From an uncultured virus (IMG/VR IMGVR_UViG_3300028048_001320) (lineage: Duplodnaviria; Heunggongvirae; Uroviricota; Caudoviricetes): a stretch of DNA of 64,000 nt. The notes below the pieces were generated by a model that saw only the letters and a list, made by a program, of their open reading frames with translations, had not been told where the DNA came from and searched no databases. A program made the translations under genes and the position numbers. Each line of letters starts with the position of its first letter. Within the stretch, counting starts at the first letter, position 1. The stretch lies in the IMG/VR virus record IMGVR_UViG_3300028048_001320. The stretch is one strand, 5' to 3'. Shown here piece after piece: positions 60,402-64,000 of the stretch.

Positions 60402-62623
60402 GTTTTTTCTCCCTTCCTTTATTGTAATTACATTATATCACAGCCGGTTTTATTTGTCAAGCCATTTTTTCAATTTTTATTATTTCTATATTTGGATATT
60501 GCTTTTTAATTTCTGCAATAAAATCTTCAACTTCTTCAGAAGTGTCAAAAACCCAAGTTTTTATATATTTATTATTTTTAATTTCAACGTGTATCATTTT
60601 TCTTTTCCTTTCCTTTTGATGATTTAATTATACCATAGAGGTTAACTTTTGTCAACCTCTATTTTACTATTTTATTTTTCCAAGTATCTACTATAGTTCC
60701 CTTGTCAGCGGTCGCCGCATAATCGCGCGCCTGTTCAAGTCCGTATGCATTTTTAACTACTACTTTTGTTCCGTAAGTGAGGATTATCTTATATCTGAGT
60801 TTAGCCATTTTGTGTACCTCTCTTTCCTTTGTTCTGAATACATTATAGCATGCCCGGTTTTGTTTGTCAAGTAAAAAAATGCACAAATTTTAGGATTGTT
60901 CACTATTTAATTTTTATGCAATTTGCCTATTGACAAATCCCAGCTCATGTAGTATAATATATCGCGGCGCGCTGTCGTGGGCAAGTGGGCGACAGCGCGC
61001 CGAGCAATAAAAAAAGGCTTTCGGTACTGTCGGCTGTAGACCATTTTCCCTATTCGCCTGAGTTTACAAGTTACGTGAGAAGGTAGGTGGCTTTCTCAGT
61101 TCCTAAGACCTTAGCTTTCTAAAGCCCTAAGCCCTTACTCTTCGTCCATCAGAGCTTCTCTTCTGTTTCTTTCTGATTATATTATATCAAAGTGGTTACT
61201 ATTTGTCAAGTACTTTTTTTATTTTTTTTATCTTGTTTCGATTGTTGCTCGATAAAAATATGCGGGGGTTTGAATTGCTATCTGTTTAACATTCATCAGA
61301 GCCATGTTAGCTTGATAATATTTGTAGGTGCATTCGGCAAGTGCTACGTTTTCAAACTTCTTATTTATGATTGTTCCCTTATTTGTTGTGATTGTGATTG
61401 TTGCCATTTTATATTCCTCTCTTTCCTTTTTCTGATTTAATTATATCATTTGTTTCCGGTTTTGTCAAGCATTATTTTTCATTTTTATAAATTTTCCGTA
61501 ATCAGATTCCATCTTTTTAAGCTGAGCCTTTGTGTATTTAATCATTGAGTAGAGAATGTTATTTTCAAAATAGTATACATACATTGTTTTGTACCTCTTT
61601 TCCTTTTTTCTGATTTAATTATACCACCGGTTTTAAAGTTTGTCAATACTTTTTTTTATTTTTTTGGGGGCAGTAGTTAAAAATTTTTTTTGGGGACGGT
61701 CTTTTTCCCCGTGGGCAATAGGTGTAAATTTTTCGTACCAACATCAATACTTTTTATTTTAGTATAACATTAAATTAATGTTTTGTCAATTAATAAATTA
61801 TACAAAATTTAAATTAATTTCGTTGAAAATTTTGTACACTTTTTTCAACGATTTTGCTTGACAGAAAGTTGCTTCATGTGGTATAATGTTGTTCGGCAGT
61901 CTGCGAGAAGTACGGCTTGCGCGCTGACCCTCAAAAATAAAAATTAGCTTGCTTTGTGTTGTCACAAAGCAAGCCTTCGCGCATCTACTCATTCATTATT
62001 CTGTCTATTGCTTTTTCATCTTCTTTCTTACATCTAATTATTATTTTTAACCAATTCATTTCAATGTTTTCTATTTTATAAGAAACTGAATAACAATTTA
62101 ACAACTCTTCAAGTTTACATTCTGTTGTATAATTATCTTCTTTGTAATAAATTTTCTTCACTTCCTTTTCCTCTCTTTCCTTTTTGTACTTCTATTATAT
62201 CAAACTATTAACCCTTTGTCAACTACTTTTTAATAGAAAGGATTGATTTTCTTTTTAGCGTTATCAATAAACTGTACACAACCGAAGTTCTGCATTCTCC
62301 ATTTATCAGCTACTCTCATAGCTTCGTATCTATTATCTGTTGTAAACTCTCTATCTTCTCTATCCATCCATGCTGGAGTTATAAGTTTTACTGTCCATCT
62401 CATCATTTTGTTTTCCTCTCTTTCCTTTTTCTTGAGTTAAGTATACCACTTCCAAACCGGTTTGTCAATACCTTTTTATTATTTTTTTATTTGTTATTTT
62501 GCACAAAAAAACTTTATTATTTTATACATTTTGTCTATTGACTTTTGTTGTGTGATGTGTTATAATCAAAATGAGAAACTGCGCTATTTTTATTTATTAT
62601 AATTCTCCCATAATTTTTAAAAA

Positions 62624-62719
62624 GTTAGAGATGCCTAACCAGAGTTAAACGTCTTTAACCAGAGTTAGTCACCTTTAACCAGAGTTAGATGCCATTAACA
62701 GGAGTTAGACACGTCTAAC
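62624..62719. repeat. Array of five GTTAG-N6-CTAAC palindromes, exact 20-bp period
   Basis: Units start at 62624, 62644, 62664, 62684, 62704. Confidence 0.88.
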
Positions 62720-63177
62720 CAATAAGAACATTTCCGAGACAATTTTGCCAAACGGGTATTCTATTGGTTTTGTGGCGCGCCACGCACGTCCGCGCGCCAA
62801 GCAACTAACCCTACATTATTATTTATTAACACCTTTATATCTTTATTTATTATCTTCTTGCATTTGCTCTTTTGTGTAGTTTAACTCTTGTTAAGTTATT
62901 TAATTAAAGTTGAATTTATTTATTTAACTTTAATTTATTAATAAGTTTTTTATTTGTTTAATTATTATTCATTGTATGTTATTTGATTATTTTATAATTA
63001 ATATAATTTTAACAATGAATAAAATCCCAAGAGGTAGTAGAAGAAAATGATTCCATCTACATTGTTACCAGAGCCAGAACGTAGCTAAATAAATTTTCGT
63101 AACAACCTGATGGGGGGTGGTATTTTGGGAAAAGTCCCAAAAGTCCTGGTCGAAATGAAAAGCGCACCCCAATTCTC

Positions 63178-63268
63178 ACAGAAAATGAACCTCAAAATGA
63201 ATAACGAAAACAACAGAAAATGAACCTCAAAATGAATAACGAATAATAACCCTCAAAACGAAAAACGG
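63178..63268 (+). repeat. 31-bp direct repeat x2 plus a degenerate third copy
   Basis: ACAGAAAATGAACCTCAAAATGAATAACGAA at 63178 and 63213. Confidence 0.85.
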
Positions 63269-63346
63269 GAAATATAGTAACCATTTTTTAATTAACAACC
63301 CCATTTTATATTTCCCGCACGCGTGTCAAATTCAAAAAACGGCCCC

Positions 63347-63796
63347 TTAATAATACTTATTACCCTGCTTAAAATTAATCTTTTCCATATCCGGGTCTTG
63401 TATATTTAACTCTCTCTCTTCAATAGAATAAACACATAAAATTTCCAAGTAATCTCTGTCTCCAAAAATCTCTGTAAATAAACTATGCATATCAGGGTAT
63501 AGGCGCGGCAGCACTATCTTCTTCATCTTCATCCACTTAGATGCAATACATAATTTCTTTAAGCATTTTTCAACATCTTCATCTGTGGAAATACACATTT
63601 TAAAAATCTTACCATTAGTAGAGCTTATAATATCACCTTGCTTAAGCTTTACAGGTGAAAATTCATTTTTGTATCTTTTTTCTAACCAATAAGAATCTTT
63701 ATCAAAACCATTACCTTCTTTATCTACATAAAGAACAATAGTCCCATCATTCTCATAATCTAAAATATTTCCAATTACTTCATTATATTTAAACAT
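63347..63796 (-). CDS. Hypothetical protein, possibly degenerate macro-domain
   Basis: VIGNILD start, KCLKKL...KIVLPRL pattern. Confidence 0.45.
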   Translation of the reverse strand: MFKYNEVIGNILDYENDGTIVLYVDKEGNGFDKDSYWLEKRYKNEFSPVKLKQGDIISSTNGKIFKMCISTDEDVEKCLKKLCIASKWMKMKKIVLPRLYPDMHSLFTEIFGDRDYLEILCVYSIEERELNIQDPDMEKINFKQGNKYY

Positions 63797-64000
63797 GCGC
63801 GAATGCGGCCTCATGACGCCACAAGGCTAGGTCGCCGCCTCCTTTCACCAAGATATTATAGTAGTCTCCCAATTGTCTGCCGCTTGCCAGTATATTCTCT
63901 CAACTTTATATCCTAATGTTTCAAGTTTCGTTTTATTTTCTGTATCTATATAAAAATCAAGTGAACATGATGTTTCACCTTTATCTATAGCAAATCCAAT

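Noticed and set aside
61130..61160. Hammerhead ribozyme (CTGATGG..GAA)
   Set aside because: Core deviates from CUGANGA/GAAA and the three stems cannot be assembled.
1340..62440. Most short plus-strand ORFs in the ORF track
   Set aside because: Antisense shadows of minus-strand genes or RNAs, without RBS or plausible composition.
59185..62719. Palindrome arrays as CRISPR arrays
   Set aside because: Gaps are 4 bp, repeats are degenerate 16-mers, and no cas genes are visible.
1..64000. Stop-codon recoding
   Set aside because: Long genes read intact in the standard code and no suppressor tRNA was seen.

Overview
This 64-kb window is a segment of a large, AT-rich tailed bacteriophage genome. 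The host is probably a Clostridia/Lachnospiraceae-type Firmicute, inferred from sigma-A-type promoters, strong SD sequences, an SH3b amidase and a ROOL-like RNA. Almost all genes are on the minus strand. Layout: (1) 1-9.5 kb: GyrB/ParE, amidase endolysin, holin, PIN-PhoH and an RNA-repair set (phosphoesterase, PNK-like kinase, Rnl2-type ligase). (2) 9.6-25.6 kb: tail/fibre genes with an inserted spore-coat-like cassette. (3) 26.1-31.7 kb: a dense RNA island with 11 intact tRNAs, a ROOL-like RNA, several unassigned structured RNAs and two endonuclease genes. (4) 31.8-46.5 kb: small accessory ORFs. (5) 46.9-48.2 kb: the one convincing plus-strand gene, followed by hairpin-rich origin-like DNA. 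(6) 48-63 kb: a promoter-dense early-type region built from repeated non-coding modules. The most striking observation is a tRNA-Ile(GAT) gene split at the anticodon by a 479-nt insert. The insert encodes a PD-(D/E)XK endonuclease, has no room for a group I core outside that ORF, and folds back as a long duplex extending the anticodon stem. Two more tRNA-like RNAs have elongated anticodon arms. Also notable are two 20-bp-phased arrays of a GTTAG-N6-CTAAC palindrome and two hairpins with different stems but an identical 12-nt loop. All calls were made by eye; no database search or folding program was run.
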